This document shows positions 26,051-35,935 of a stretch of 64,000 bases of DNA, one piece after another. A program made the translations under genes and the position numbers. Positions within the stretch are counted from its first letter, which is position 1. Every line of letters begins with the position of its first letter. Where the stretch lies: positions 1 to 64,000 of IMG/VR virus record IMGVR_UViG_3300026088_000015. One strand, 5' to 3'. The notes beneath the pieces are model-generated. The model was not told the DNA's origin. It worked only from the letters and a program-made list of their open reading frames with translations, and searched no databases. The stretch is from a virus. Lineage: Duplodnaviria > Caudoviricetes.

Positions 26051-26347
26051 ATGCCAAAGAAAGTATTTACGCCACCTACATTCGAAGAACTTAAATCCTA
26101 TTGCATTGAGAAAGGCTTTGAACATTTGGCTAAGCAAATATACGATTACTATGTAGAAGGTGACTGGCATGATTCAAATGGAAAGAAAGTGATCAACTGG
26201 AAGCAGAAACTTTGTGGGGTGTGGTTTAAAGAGTCGAATAGAAACAGTACTCAACAGCAACTATCCAAGCCTACTAAACTAGATTTGCTTATGCAGTCTT
26301 CTAAAGGGGCTGATAAATATTTAGATCAAATGTTCCCTAATGAGTAA
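26051..26347 (+). CDS. protein resembling the C-terminal domain of phage replication initiators
   Basis: FTPPTFEELKSYC...IYDYY...W..SNGKKVINWK...W. Confidence 0.6.
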   Translation: MPKKVFTPPTFEELKSYCIEKGFEHLAKQIYDYYVEGDWHDSNGKKVINWKQKLCGVWFKESNRNSTQQQLSKPTKLDLLMQSSKGADKYLDQMFPNE

Positions 26348-27125
26348 CATACAATTAATATCGCAGGTACCAGGGCTTACCCCCGAAGAACAAGTCGCGC
26401 TGAAGGCGGCTGATGAGAAGCGTATTATTTCTATACAAGAATTTGAAATGAAAGGGTCAGTGAAAAAGATGATTACTGATGCTCTTTTTAATAATGGTCA
26501 AAATGCTTTAGGAGATTCAGATTTAGCTTTGATGACTGGAAAGATTATCCACGAACTGAAGAGAAATTATTCAAAGTTGACAATTTCAGAAGTTTCTCAG
26601 GCCATGGAACTGGGTAGCAAAGGAAAGCTTGGAGACTTTACTCACCTTTCAGTGAGACAAATAATAAAATGGCTTGACGAATATATCATCAAAATACGCA
26701 GAGAGGCCAACCATAAACTCAAGGATTTCCAGGAGAAAAAGGAAGTTGAAGTGAATCTTGAAAAGGAAGCAAAGAGAATAAAAGAGTTTGAAGAGAGAAT
26801 AGTGCAGACCTATGAGGATTTCTCAATAGGAGACGATATAGGACACGTAGGGCTGGCTTCAGTAATTTACCAAGCCTTAGAGAAAAGAGGCAAGGTAGAC
26901 CTCGATCCAGAGTATTTAGAGGCTATCACAGACAGGGAAGCTTCCGATTATTATGAAAAGATAGAGAAGCAAGAGCTTTCCTTTTCTGAAAAGGCCCAAT
27001 TGAGGCAAAAGGGGGCAGCATTGGCGCGGTATCATGAAATAGAAATAAAGACGCGAGTACAGGCAGAAGCATTGCTTGCTTTGTTTACAAAATGGAAAAA
27101 TCAAAACTATAAACTTGAATTATGA
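26340..27125 (+). CDS. hypothetical protein, possible helicase loader/replication partner
   Basis: Overlaps the initiator-like ORF. LTISEVSQAMELG..G...HLSVRQIIKWL motif. Confidence 0.4.
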   Translation: MSNIQLISQVPGLTPEEQVALKAADEKRIISIQEFEMKGSVKKMITDALFNNGQNALGDSDLALMTGKIIHELKRNYSKLTISEVSQAMELGSKGKLGDFTHLSVRQIIKWLDEYIIKIRREANHKLKDFQEKKEVEVNLEKEAKRIKEFEERIVQTYEDFSIGDDIGHVGLASVIYQALEKRGKVDLDPEYLEAITDREASDYYEKIEKQELSFSEKAQLRQKGAALARYHEIEIKTRVQAEALLALFTKWKNQNYKLEL

Positions 27126-27580
27126 GAATAAACGCTGAAATACTCGCTTACATCCTTGACATAAAAAAGGAAGATGCTAATAAGAAAATAGTATGTTACA
27201 AAGAACGACTCGCTGGTAATGATGAGCTGGAGTTAGATCCTAATCTTATCGGCAAGAAGGCAGATAAAAAGTACACAGACAATGAATATTGTGATGTTCC
27301 TGGTCTTTCTAAATACTTAAATATGGACTTGGCTTTTGCTATGAAAAACATTCATGATACTTTCATGACTTCTCCTACAACCAAAGGGTTTATTTTGAAC
27401 TATCCTTCAAGTAAATTAAAGCCCAACGCTAAGACTGGTAGAATGCCTGGAAAGATTTCTATTCCTAAAGTTCTCAGACAATTATTGTCGCAGGAAGACA
27501 AAGAGCTTATTGTCCGTTTGTGGCAAGATAAATACAAAACATACACAGCTTCTAATCACGTTAAATTCTGTATATCATGA
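27122..27580 (+). CDS. hypothetical protein
   Basis: ATGA-coupled ORF. Confidence 0.65.
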   Translation: MRINAEILAYILDIKKEDANKKIVCYKERLAGNDELELDPNLIGKKADKKYTDNEYCDVPGLSKYLNMDLAFAMKNIHDTFMTSPTTKGFILNYPSSKLKPNAKTGRMPGKISIPKVLRQLLSQEDKELIVRLWQDKYKTYTASNHVKFCIS

Positions 27581-27900
27581 ATAATAATATAAGAAATTGC
27601 AAGAGAAGGCTTGGATTAGTAATTGGAGCATTAGATGCTCAGAATTATGGCATATCTAAGAATGAGGCCTTGGAATGTCAAGGAGATTTATCCTATATCG
27701 AAGATGAGATGGATGAAATGGAGACGGAGATTGACAATTTGAAATCTACTGTAGAGGAATTCGAAAGAGAACCAGTGGAATTAGGCCCCTTCACTGAACA
27801 ACACTTTGAAGCAATGAATGACATGCGCAAAGCAGAGCTTCTTGCTGAGAACTGGGGTAAGTTCACCCTAGAAGATGTAGAGAAGATGCTTGGTATTTAA
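27577..27900 (+). CDS. hypothetical acidic coiled-coil protein
   Basis: ATGA-coupled ORF. Confidence 0.65.
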   Translation: MNNNIRNCKRRLGLVIGALDAQNYGISKNEALECQGDLSYIEDEMDEMETEIDNLKSTVEEFEREPVELGPFTEQHFEAMNDMRKAELLAENWGKFTLEDVEKMLGI

Positions 27901-27920
27901 ACCTACAGGAGTGTTAAGAT

Positions 27921-28142
27921 ATGAAACTAAGCGAAGAGTATTTTCAGAAAAACATTGTAGATAAAAATGATTATTCATTTGATCTAATTAAAACCTACGG
28001 CCTCATCAGAGAGATAGAGGGAAAGAGAGAACTGGCTTTTAATACCTTAAATGACCAATGTGATGATCCGGAATACTGGGAATCATTAGTACTTGAATAT
28101 GACACCGAACTCACCACCATAAGAAAGAAAGCAGGATTATAA
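27921..28142 (+). CDS. hypothetical protein
   Basis: Operon position. Confidence 0.6.
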   Translation: MKLSEEYFQKNIVDKNDYSFDLIKTYGLIREIEGKRELAFNTLNDQCDDPEYWESLVLEYDTELTTIRKKAGL

Positions 28143-28453
28143 TGGGAGAAATATTACCAGACGGTTCAATACAGGGATATGTAGGATACTGTGATGTTTG
28201 TAAGCAATCATGTGAAATGAATATTCAAGGGAATATATTAAAGCATAATTGTTCTAAAAGATTTAATGTTATCGTTAAGAGGGGAAAATATTTGTCTGGC
28301 CGCAGTTATGCTACAGGCATAGGAGAGTCTTACCAATGGTCAAAAAATATTGAAGACGCAATTCATTATAACTGCTTAAGTGACAATACGACTTCTAACG
28401 GAATTCACCTAGCAAGTATAATTAATGGTAAATTAAAAACTATACAATTATGA
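28142..28453 (+). CDS. hypothetical protein with CxxC motif
   Basis: CDVC...HNC, 1-nt overlap with the upstream gene. Confidence 0.55.
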   Translation: MGEILPDGSIQGYVGYCDVCKQSCEMNIQGNILKHNCSKRFNVIVKRGKYLSGRSYATGIGESYQWSKNIEDAIHYNCLSDNTTSNGIHLASIINGKLKTIQL

Positions 28454-28860
28454 CCATCCACCCCGAAAGCCCAGACTATAGTAGTGTGCCGCCTATTGCA
28501 TATAATCCTAAAGATATAAATGATCTCAAGGAGATGGTAAGGTATCTTTCAGAATTAAAAGTTCCAACGATGAGCATATTGTCATCTTCATTTACTGATG
28601 AATACGGGAAAAACAGGTTCTTATTGTTTAAAGCTCCCTTCGCTACTATTCATAAGGAGTGGGAGGAAGGGAAAGCAAAAGAAATATCAGGACTAGTAAT
28701 TTCAGATAATCCAAAAGCTGATTTTGTAGGGAAGCCCACTCTACTAGTACCTACACAGGAAGAGATATACAACCACTGTCAGATATATTTTGGATCAGAA
28801 AATAATTCATTCGCTGCATGTAAATGGATGCGTGACGAAATAATTAAACGAAATAAGTAA
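28450..28860 (+). CDS. hypothetical protein
   Basis: ATGA-coupled ORF. Confidence 0.6.
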   Translation: MTIHPESPDYSSVPPIAYNPKDINDLKEMVRYLSELKVPTMSILSSSFTDEYGKNRFLLFKAPFATIHKEWEEGKAKEISGLVISDNPKADFVGKPTLLVPTQEEIYNHCQIYFGSENNSFAACKWMRDEIIKRNK

Positions 28861-28867
28861 AGAAGAT

Positions 28868-29161
28868 ATGGAAAATTTAAAAGAAGGACAATCACTAGTA
28901 AATAAACTATCAGGTCTTGTTGCGACAGTTGTATCAATTAATATTGATTCAGATACACTAGAAGTTAGATTGTCTAGTGGTAAAATAACAGAATATGATT
29001 TGAGTACTTCATGTCTATTATGGGTTACGTGTGACTCTTACGACCGCCTGAGGGCAGCGTTTGAGAATCTACTCGGATGTTATACAGAAAACGATGATCT
29101 TAAATTTGAACACAGAAATAGAGCAGGCCTATTACCTGATAAGGGAGAGCAGGAAGGATGA
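28868..29161 (+). CDS. hypothetical protein
   Basis: Operon position. Confidence 0.6.
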   Translation: MENLKEGQSLVNKLSGLVATVVSINIDSDTLEVRLSSGKITEYDLSTSCLLWVTCDSYDRLRAAFENLLGCYTENDDLKFEHRNRAGLLPDKGEQEG

Positions 29162-29355
29162 GAAAAATAGCAATATATACAAAGGTGCTACAGGAAAAGC
29201 CGGGTAAATATGGAGGCAAAATACGCAGGCTCAACCCTTGGAATCCATTAAGCTATATTCTTATAATAATGACCTTCTTAGTTGGATTTGTATTATATGG
29301 TTTTGTAGGAATTTGGAAAGAATTAGATTTTAGAAATCCATTTAAATATTCATAA
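29158..29355 (+). CDS. small membrane protein
   Basis: RRLNPWNPLSY followed by a TM helix. Confidence 0.65.
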   Translation: MRKIAIYTKVLQEKPGKYGGKIRRLNPWNPLSYILIIMTFLVGFVLYGFVGIWKELDFRNPFKYS

Positions 29356-29473
29356 CCATGCCAGAAGAAAACAACACACCGAAGAGTATTTGTAAGAAAT
29401 GTGGTAAAGTTCATAATACTGTATATGCTATAATATTTAATAAATGTCCTTTTGAAATAAAAACAACTGGCTT

Positions 29474-29956
29474 ATGAAAGAGTGGATAAAAGCAAGTAAG
29501 GGGTTTCCTATAGAAGGACAGCCAGAGAGTTTGATTGGAATGCATTGCAGATGGGCTAGAACTGAACAACCATTTCAATTCTTAAGCCTTGGTGCGTATG
29601 GTAATTTTAGATATTGTATGGACGGTCAATGTAAAAGTCAATATGTGAACGATTGTATTGATAACATCGAATGGCTCAAGGAAACCCAAGAAGAACCTAA
29701 GACCAATAACGACAGCAAGGTAATGAGTCCTAAAGAATGGTATATAAATAAGTATCCAGGAATAGATCTAATATCTGATGCTGATTATGAAGATATGAGA
29801 GCTTACGCTTCCTACGTATTGCAGCACTCAGCGAGTAGGCCGGAGATAAAGCTGCCGGAAATAAAAAATGAAACTATTATACAATACAGAGAACAATTTA
29901 TAGGCTGGAATAATTGCATAGAAGAAATTAAACAACTTAACGGCATCACAGAATGA
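29474..29956 (+). CDS. hypothetical protein
   Basis: Mosaic-looking phage ORF ending GWNNCIEEI. Confidence 0.6.
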   Translation: MKEWIKASKGFPIEGQPESLIGMHCRWARTEQPFQFLSLGAYGNFRYCMDGQCKSQYVNDCIDNIEWLKETQEEPKTNNDSKVMSPKEWYINKYPGIDLISDADYEDMRAYASYVLQHSASRPEIKLPEIKNETIIQYREQFIGWNNCIEEIKQLNGITE

Positions 29957-30222
29957 AAGACGAAGAAATAATACAAAAACTTAAAGATAAAAGTCAGGAC
30001 TATAACGAGTTTAATGTGCTTATTGATACTGATGAAGCTATTAGCATTGTTAAACAATGTGCCCGACAGGAAGCTATAGGGTTTGCTGAGTGGCTTGGCA
30101 ATAATTATTCTCCAACAAATGTTGTATATGTATGGAAAAAAGATGGAGGAGGATTTACTACAAAAGAGCTTTACGACCAATACCTTTTACACCTTGAACA
30201 ACTTAAACAAGAGAAGAAATGA
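29953..30222 (+). CDS. hypothetical protein
   Basis: AIGFAEW...TTKELYDQY motif typical of Bacteroidota phage small ORFs. Confidence 0.65.
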   Translation: MKDEEIIQKLKDKSQDYNEFNVLIDTDEAISIVKQCARQEAIGFAEWLGNNYSPTNVVYVWKKDGGGFTTKELYDQYLLHLEQLKQEKK

Positions 30223-30395
30223 AAATAACATTTAGCATTAACCTGCATAGCTCAGACGGAGAAGTTCAAAATGAAGGAATATTTCTGCACATAGAAGATC
30301 GTTTAATATTAGGTTTAAAGTCTTTTGAAGAGCTTAAAGAAATGATAAAATCACTAGAGAAGGTTAGAGACGAAATATCAGATGTATACCAATAA
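30219..30395 (+). CDS. 58-aa hypothetical protein (absent from the ORF track)
   Basis: MKITFSINLHSSDGEVQNEGIFLHIEDRLILGLKSFEELKEMIKSLEKVRDEISDVYQ, ATGA overlap. Confidence 0.55.
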   Translation: MKITFSINLHSSDGEVQNEGIFLHIEDRLILGLKSFEELKEMIKSLEKVRDEISDVYQ

Positions 30396-30467
30396 AATCA
30401 ACCCTCCCAGAGGATAAATAGATAACAAAACAGTTCATTATTAACGGTAAAAAATGTAAATTTAAGT

Positions 30468-31031
30468 ATGGGGATAGGCATAAAAGGATTTACAAAAGGA
30501 CATCGACATAGTGAACAAACAAAGAAGAAAATTGGAGATAAGCATAGGCGTTCAATTCTATTTGATTGTGATTATTGTAGGAAACAATCATTAACTAAGC
30601 CATCACATTATAATAAAAAGAAGAGGCATTTCTGTTCAATGAAATGTTATGCTTTATATAGAAAGCACATATTGCCAATGCAGGAACAGCCTTCTTATAA
30701 GGGGGTAAGAAAAAACGGGGAAAGCCGGCAAATATACCATCGTAATTATTGCAAGAAAAACCCAGAAAATATAGCTCATTTAAAAGCTAGAAGATATGCC
30801 AGGGAAAGAAATGCGCCTGGCTCTCACTCATTAAAAGAATGGAATGACATAAAATTAAAATTTCAACATAAATGTGCGATATGTGGCGAAGTAAAAAAGT
30901 TAACAAAAGATCATATAGTTCCCTTATCAAAGGGTGGCTCAGATTATATAGATAATATCCAGCCCCTATGCAAGGGCTGTAATAGTAAAAAACATAACAA
31001 ATTAATATTCACGATAACCCCGAACTATTAA
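30468..31031 (+). CDS. HNH homing endonuclease with NUMOD3-like N-terminus
   Basis: FTKGHRHSEQTKKKIG, CDYC...CSMKC, CAICG...LTKDHIVPLSKGG....NIQPLC..CN..K. Confidence 0.9.
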   Translation: MGIGIKGFTKGHRHSEQTKKKIGDKHRRSILFDCDYCRKQSLTKPSHYNKKKRHFCSMKCYALYRKHILPMQEQPSYKGVRKNGESRQIYHRNYCKKNPENIAHLKARRYARERNAPGSHSLKEWNDIKLKFQHKCAICGEVKKLTKDHIVPLSKGGSDYIDNIQPLCKGCNSKKHNKLIFTITPNY

Positions 31032-31275
31032 ACAGTCCTTCCTCATAGTAGGGAGACAACAAAATTATAGGTTGGGATCAACATACATGAGTATCTGAGC
31101 CGGAACTTTAAAGCCGTTGCATATAAATTGACTTACTCCTATCTGTTTTGTGGGTCAATTTGGATAAAGCTAGGTCACGTAATAATCGAAGGCAATGCAC
31201 GGAAGGCTAATTATTAATTTCACACTCCCTTCTTAGGTGGGGGAGATAAACAGAGAAAAGTAAACTAAAACAACT

Positions 31276-31620
31276 ATGAAAATCACAAAAAGACTTATCG
31301 ATGCTATTGTTAATATAGCTCAAGAAAAAAATAGAAAGCAAGAAAAAGAAGAGATTGAATCATTGAAAAGAAATAAGTCTTTGATAAAAAAGGCTGCCGA
31401 GTACAAGTCATATCTCCATAAAATACCCGTAGAGGTTCGTAAAAAAATGTACTATAATGAAAAAGATTTTCTTGATGTGCTGGTTGACATGCAACCAAAA
31501 AAAACTCCATTTTTTAATAGATGGGTTACTGAAAATACAATAATAGTTGAAGCTGAGCAAAGTAAAAACCTTGATGAATTATTCAAAAGACTTAAACTAG
31601 ACATGCCGAAAGGCTTTTAA
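31276..31620 (+). CDS. hypothetical basic protein
   Basis: ORF after an A-rich leader. Confidence 0.6.
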   Translation: MKITKRLIDAIVNIAQEKNRKQEKEEIESLKRNKSLIKKAAEYKSYLHKIPVEVRKKMYYNEKDFLDVLVDMQPKKTPFFNRWVTENTIIVEAEQSKNLDELFKRLKLDMPKGF

Positions 31621-31666
31621 CCTCTCTTCCCCTGAGTAAGTAAGGAACGAAACAAAAGATAAAGAT

Positions 31667-32338
31667 ATGAGCAAAGACGCATTAATTAGAAATAAATGGA
31701 TGTCCTTCTATACTGGATTCCATAAAATAGCAATCAAAATAAGTCTAGCATCTTACTTTGATACTAGGGCAATGATAGTACTATCACTCGGATGGGGACA
31801 ATTGTTCTTACATCTCCCAATAAGATCAAAGATTGATGATGCAGAATATCCGGTATGGGGATTCTATTTCTATGGTGAAACCAAATGGTGGTTTGATACT
31901 TTCTGGGTGTGCCTTGGAAGGAAAATAAAATGCTTTCACATGCCTTGGCAATGGGATTGGGTCAGAACCAGTAATCTTAGAAAAGATGGAAATTGGGAGC
32001 ATGAGACAAAGAAAGATAGAAAGTCTTTTTATGAAAAAAAATGGGATGATATAATTCACTATGAAGAGCATCCTTTTGTATATACGCTTAAAAGTGGAGA
32101 GGTTCAAAATAGAACCGCAAGAATAAAAACAGAAGAAAGAGAATGGAAATGGAGAGGTTTTAGATGGCTTAAATATCCTTCTATGATTAGGCAGACGATA
32201 GCAATTGAGTTCAGTGATGAAGTAGGTGAAGAAACTGGATCATGGAAAGGCGGCACTTTGGGCTGTTCTTATGATTTATTGAAAGGAGAAACTCCGCTGC
32301 AAGCTTTAAGAAGGATGGAATTAAACAGAAATTTCTAA
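31667..32338 (+). CDS. conserved phage hypothetical protein (Trp-rich)
   Basis: EREWKWR...IAIEFSDEVGEETGSWKGGTLGC motif. Confidence 0.7.
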   Translation: MSKDALIRNKWMSFYTGFHKIAIKISLASYFDTRAMIVLSLGWGQLFLHLPIRSKIDDAEYPVWGFYFYGETKWWFDTFWVCLGRKIKCFHMPWQWDWVRTSNLRKDGNWEHETKKDRKSFYEKKWDDIIHYEEHPFVYTLKSGEVQNRTARIKTEEREWKWRGFRWLKYPSMIRQTIAIEFSDEVGEETGSWKGGTLGCSYDLLKGETPLQALRRMELNRNF

Positions 32339-32733
32339 TGATCCAATGTACCTGCGGCCGATACAATAAGAGCAACAAAGAGGAATGTCTTTGTGGGAAG
32401 GCCGCTGTGGCTGTACCACATAAGGATTTAAAGAAGCTTCGCAAGTCTACAGTTAATAAGGTAAGCGAGAAGCGACAGACCTTGAACGAGCTTTATTCTA
32501 TTGTGAGGCAGGTGTATTTGAACCTGGTTCCGGTGTGCGAGGCAAAGGGTTGCAATAGGCTGGCTACTACAATACACCACAAGAAAGGAAGATTGGGCAA
32601 TAACGGCACCATACCGCTTTTGATCGACATGCAGAACTTCATGAGTTGCTGTATAGAGTGTCATCAAAACATCGAAAACTCGCCTGAGTGGGCGATTGAA
32701 CAGGGATATTCAATTAAAAGGACAAACTTATGA
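32338..32733 (+). CDS. HNH-like Zn-binding nuclease
   Basis: CEAKGC..ATTIHHKKGR...CCIECHQNIE. Confidence 0.6.
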   Translation: MIQCTCGRYNKSNKEECLCGKAAVAVPHKDLKKLRKSTVNKVSEKRQTLNELYSIVRQVYLNLVPVCEAKGCNRLATTIHHKKGRLGNNGTIPLLIDMQNFMSCCIECHQNIENSPEWAIEQGYSIKRTNL

Positions 32734-33017
32734 AAAATGAAGAAATTAAAGTGGGCCAAAGATTATACCATATAATTTTTGGATGGTGCGAGGTAACTCA
32801 TCCAGTAAATGGAGAAGGGAAAACTCTCATTAATCTTGACGCAAAGGAGATTTCTTACTATAAAATGGGAGAAGGATACGTATCATATAAAAAGGACCCA
32901 CAAGGTCAAAATATTGTATATACTCCAATTGTGGATTTAGTTAAAGATGAAAAAGTGCTATTGTCAAAAGACCAGATGTTAAAGAGGGCAGCAATGAATT
33001 GCACTATTACTTATTAA
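32730..33017 (+). CDS. hypothetical protein (SH3-like N-terminus)
   Basis: IKVGQRLYHIIFGWCEV. Confidence 0.55.
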   Translation: MKNEEIKVGQRLYHIIFGWCEVTHPVNGEGKTLINLDAKEISYYKMGEGYVSYKKDPQGQNIVYTPIVDLVKDEKVLLSKDQMLKRAAMNCTITY

Positions 33018-33048
33018 TTTTAACAACCAGTAACTAAAACAGACAAGG

Positions 33049-33267
33049 ATGAAAAACTATTTAAATTTATTAAACTCAATATCAAAAGGAATGCTAGTAT
33101 TCTCAATATTAACAGCAATGGGCTACTTAGTATTCTCATTTAACTATCTTTCATTTAATCCTCATAACTGGACTTTTCAGGCTCGGACTGTATTTGCTGG
33201 CTGCGATATAGGAGCTATTTTAATAGGTACTATTGTAGGCTTCTGTACACATAATGATGTTAAATAA
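33049..33267 (+). CDS. small two-TM membrane protein
   Basis: Two hydrophobic stretches around FNPHNW. Confidence 0.6.
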   Translation: MKNYLNLLNSISKGMLVFSILTAMGYLVFSFNYLSFNPHNWTFQARTVFAGCDIGAILIGTIVGFCTHNDVK

Positions 33268-33293
33268 TTTTTAACAATAAGGAGAGACAGACA

Positions 33294-33638
33294 ATGAAAG
33301 AGTATCCAAAAGCAATAAAAGACCTTGAAAAGTTACTTAGTGATTTAAAAAGGGATCATGACCTCTATGAAGAAAGGAAAGATAATCCTGATTTTGACGA
33401 ATGGAGGGAGGCCAGAAATAGGCTTACATTCCAAGAGGGTAAAAAGCTTTGGTTAGAAGTAGAGGTAAAAGACAGGGAATCTTTTGAGGCACTTTATTAT
33501 ATGCTTTATAACAAAGATGAAAATCAAGTAAGAGTATGTCCATTGGGATGTCAACTTGAAGTTATTCATTTTATTGCGCCAGGAGCTGATGAACTAAAAC
33601 AAAAAATGAATACTCTCATAAATTCATATAATCAATAA
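33294..33638 (+). CDS. hypothetical protein
   Basis: Operon position. Confidence 0.6.
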   Translation: MKEYPKAIKDLEKLLSDLKRDHDLYEERKDNPDFDEWREARNRLTFQEGKKLWLEVEVKDRESFEALYYMLYNKDENQVRVCPLGCQLEVIHFIAPGADELKQKMNTLINSYNQ

Positions 33639-33915
33639 TTTATGACCAAATCCGACCTACAGAAGCAATGGTTTTTTATTGCAAGCTTTGGGAGTTGAGC
33701 ATAAAGGAAAAGAAACCAAGAAAAAAGAAATAAAACTACCTGCTGAATACAAACAGTACAATATTGGACGTGAGTGCCTGAGTATAATCCTGCTAAGAGG
33801 GTGATGTTTGGGGTAAGATACTCAGTAATGGATTCGTCCCGAGGGTATTCCACTTAGAAATGGACGGGTAGTTTTTATTAAAATAGTTTTGACCACGTAA
33901 ACAGAGGATAAAGAA

Positions 33916-34236
33916 ATGATACAAAAAGATGCAAGTTGGCCTATGTATGCCACCAGTATTAATCCAGCCCCTGGTATGGAAGGAACTATAAAATTAGGAA
34001 CAGAACTTACAGGTGTTGTCATAACTGGTCCATCGTTAATGTTTCAAAATCCACCGGAAGCGCTGCCCTTCCGTCCTGAGATACCAGTATATAGGGTGGT
34101 GCTGGCAGACGCTCATGAAATATTTAAGATAATACTTAGAATTGGGGCTCCCGATCGTAGTTTTGAAACTAAGAGAGGCGCTACATGGTATTGCTATGAA
34201 ATTTCAGCCTCAGAAAGGAAGAGTAAAAGACAATAA
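33916..34236 (+). CDS. hypothetical protein
   Basis: ATG after a purine-rich leader. Confidence 0.55.
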   Translation: MIQKDASWPMYATSINPAPGMEGTIKLGTELTGVVITGPSLMFQNPPEALPFRPEIPVYRVVLADAHEIFKIILRIGAPDRSFETKRGATWYCYEISASERKSKRQ

Positions 34237-34248
34237 AACCTGCAATAA

Positions 34249-34279
34249 TTGACATTACCAATTCTTTTATCTATTTTTG
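34249..34279 (+). promoter_or_regulatory. promoter for the last + arm gene
   Basis: TTGACA at 34249 and TATTTTTG (TAnnTTTG) at 34272-34279. Confidence 0.5.
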
Positions 34280-34305
34280 AATGGTTATTAAATAATTATT
34301 GACAA

Positions 34306-34512
34306 ATGGCTAAAAAAAAGGCTCAGAAGCCAAAAAGAACATATATTTGCAAAGAAGGGTACTTGAAAAAGGCTCAAAGCATATTGAAATCTAAGGGATT
34401 GGACTACTCTTTACCTCACATTAGCAATACTGCTAGGAGATACCAATCAAATCCAGTTATCCTGGAGGCTATTTTAGAGGCTAGGACATCACTTGGACTC
34501 TCGGTAGACTAA
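34306..34512 (+). CDS. small basic putative DNA-binding protein
   Basis: K-rich N-terminus. Last gene of the + arm, with its own promoter. Confidence 0.55.
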   Translation: MAKKKAQKPKRTYICKEGYLKKAQSILKSKGLDYSLPHISNTARRYQSNPVILEAILEARTSLGLSVD

Positions 34513-34610
34513 CGTTCTATTTGTATTCCGCGATGCCTGTAATAGTCTCTTTCGTAGTGAGGGGTGCATGAGCAAATTACAAATATGAAAAAGATCACTA
34601 CTATCTTCAT
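34509..34610 (-). CDS. 33-aa lipoprotein, candidate o-spanin (absent from the ORF track)
   Basis: MKIVVIFFIFVICSCTPHYERDYYRHRGIQIER. ATGA overlap with the upstream TM-anchored gene; Cys after the hydrophobic core. Confidence 0.55.
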   Translation of the reverse strand: MKIVVIFFIFVICSCTPHYERDYYRHRGIQIER

Positions 34611-35215
34611 CTTTTGATCAAAATAAAACGATTAGAAGAAATTCTAGTATTGGGATTCTTGCTTATTATCTCTGACTTATACGATACTTTTCCCATTTTA
34701 ATTCCCAATATCCTGGCCCTTTCTTTATAGACAATTTGATCCAAGCTATCGGCATAAATTATGGAACCTGAAAATATATCCTTTCTTATTATGCCAGTGA
34801 CATTTATATACTTGTCAGAGTATCTTATAAGACTTATAGTATCAGAATTGTTAATGGTAGTGTCTTTGATTTTGATGTTTATCTTGGTGCTATTTTCCAT
34901 TGTAGTAGTATTTAATGCTAGTGTGTTTTTAGGCTTCACTCCCAGTCTCTGCGTCAATTCATATATTTGAGAACTGTGATCATCGGCTATGTTTTTAAAT
35001 GCTGCCATGGACATTATATTGGCCTCAGATTGAATATGCCACATTGAATCTTTATCGCGATAAATCTTATCTGTTTTTTCTGAAGCATTTTTATAGTAAC
35101 CGGAAATATCCTTCTCTCCCTCCAATTTATGAGTCAGATGCTGGATATAAAAGAGAGATACAAGGCTAAAAATAGCCACCCCTCCAATCAAGTACCATTT
35201 AAGATTGCTTATCAT
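34607..35215 (-). CDS. candidate i-spanin (Rz-like)
   Basis: Single N-terminal TM and soluble domain; follows holin and endolysin. Confidence 0.5.
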   Translation of the reverse strand: MISNLKWYLIGGVAIFSLVSLFYIQHLTHKLEGEKDISGYYKNASEKTDKIYRDKDSMWHIQSEANIMSMAAFKNIADDHSSQIYELTQRLGVKPKNTLALNTTTMENSTKINIKIKDTTINNSDTISLIRYSDKYINVTGIIRKDIFSGSIIYADSLDQIVYKERARILGIKMGKVSYKSEIISKNPNTRISSNRFILIKR

Positions 35216-35426
35216 CCGATATCGTTTTTACAGTAAACTTTCCAATAAGCATCATAAGTCCTAGTATGACACTGAGCTTTTGTTTTAATTCTAAAGGGAC
35301 TACGCTTGCGGGAATTACTTCTAAATATTGAAGTAATTCAGTCATAAGAATAATTGAAGGAGGAATGATCATTAAGATCTTCCCAGCTATACTACTTTCG
35401 GTTTTCCATCTTTCTTGTAGTGTCAT
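35199..35426 (-). CDS. holin/antiholin-like two-TM protein
   Basis: 75 aa, two TM segments, adjacent to the endolysin. Confidence 0.55.
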   Translation of the reverse strand: MTLQERWKTESSIAGKILMIIPPSIILMTELLQYLEVIPASVVPLELKQKLSVILGLMMLIGKFTVKTISDDKQS

Positions 35427-35935
35427 ATATTTGGGATTACAAATCCTATTAAGTTTAATTTATCAGGAGAAACGGTATAGTCTACATGTCTTGATTTCTC
35501 CGCTACTTCAATCCCCTCTCTACCTCGCTGTCCATCAGTGTTGCCTTCGATTGACTTAAAGATGACAGGATTCATTATTTCTGAAACTATTCCTACATGG
35601 CCCTCCCAAGATACGCCATGTCTCCAAATAGCGAGTGCTCCCAACACTGGGACTTTTGATACATTCCAAACCGGATCTACATCAAATCTTTGATAGGTAG
35701 CAGTCGCAGATGAAGCAAATAGCGTATCTAATAAACCATATATTTTAGGATTATATTCTAAATAAGCTTCCTTCCATACGAGTTCTGCAAAATAACAGCA
35801 CCAAGCTTGTGATTTTTGCCAGCCTACGGAAATCATCTTCTTTTCGAATGTGGAATCAAGGAAGCCAGAATTGGCTGGTTTCTCATGTTGGCCAAGATAC
35901 TTTTTAGCGATTTTTATTATCTCTTGATTTATCAT
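35423..35935 (-). CDS. CHAP-domain endolysin
   Basis: E.PANSG, AWCCYFAELVW (Cys), GHVGIV (His), SIEGNT. Confidence 0.85.
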   Translation of the reverse strand: MINQEIIKIAKKYLGQHEKPANSGFLDSTFEKKMISVGWQKSQAWCCYFAELVWKEAYLEYNPKIYGLLDTLFASSATATYQRFDVDPVWNVSKVPVLGALAIWRHGVSWEGHVGIVSEIMNPVIFKSIEGNTDGQRGREGIEVAEKSRHVDYTVSPDKLNLIGFVIPNI

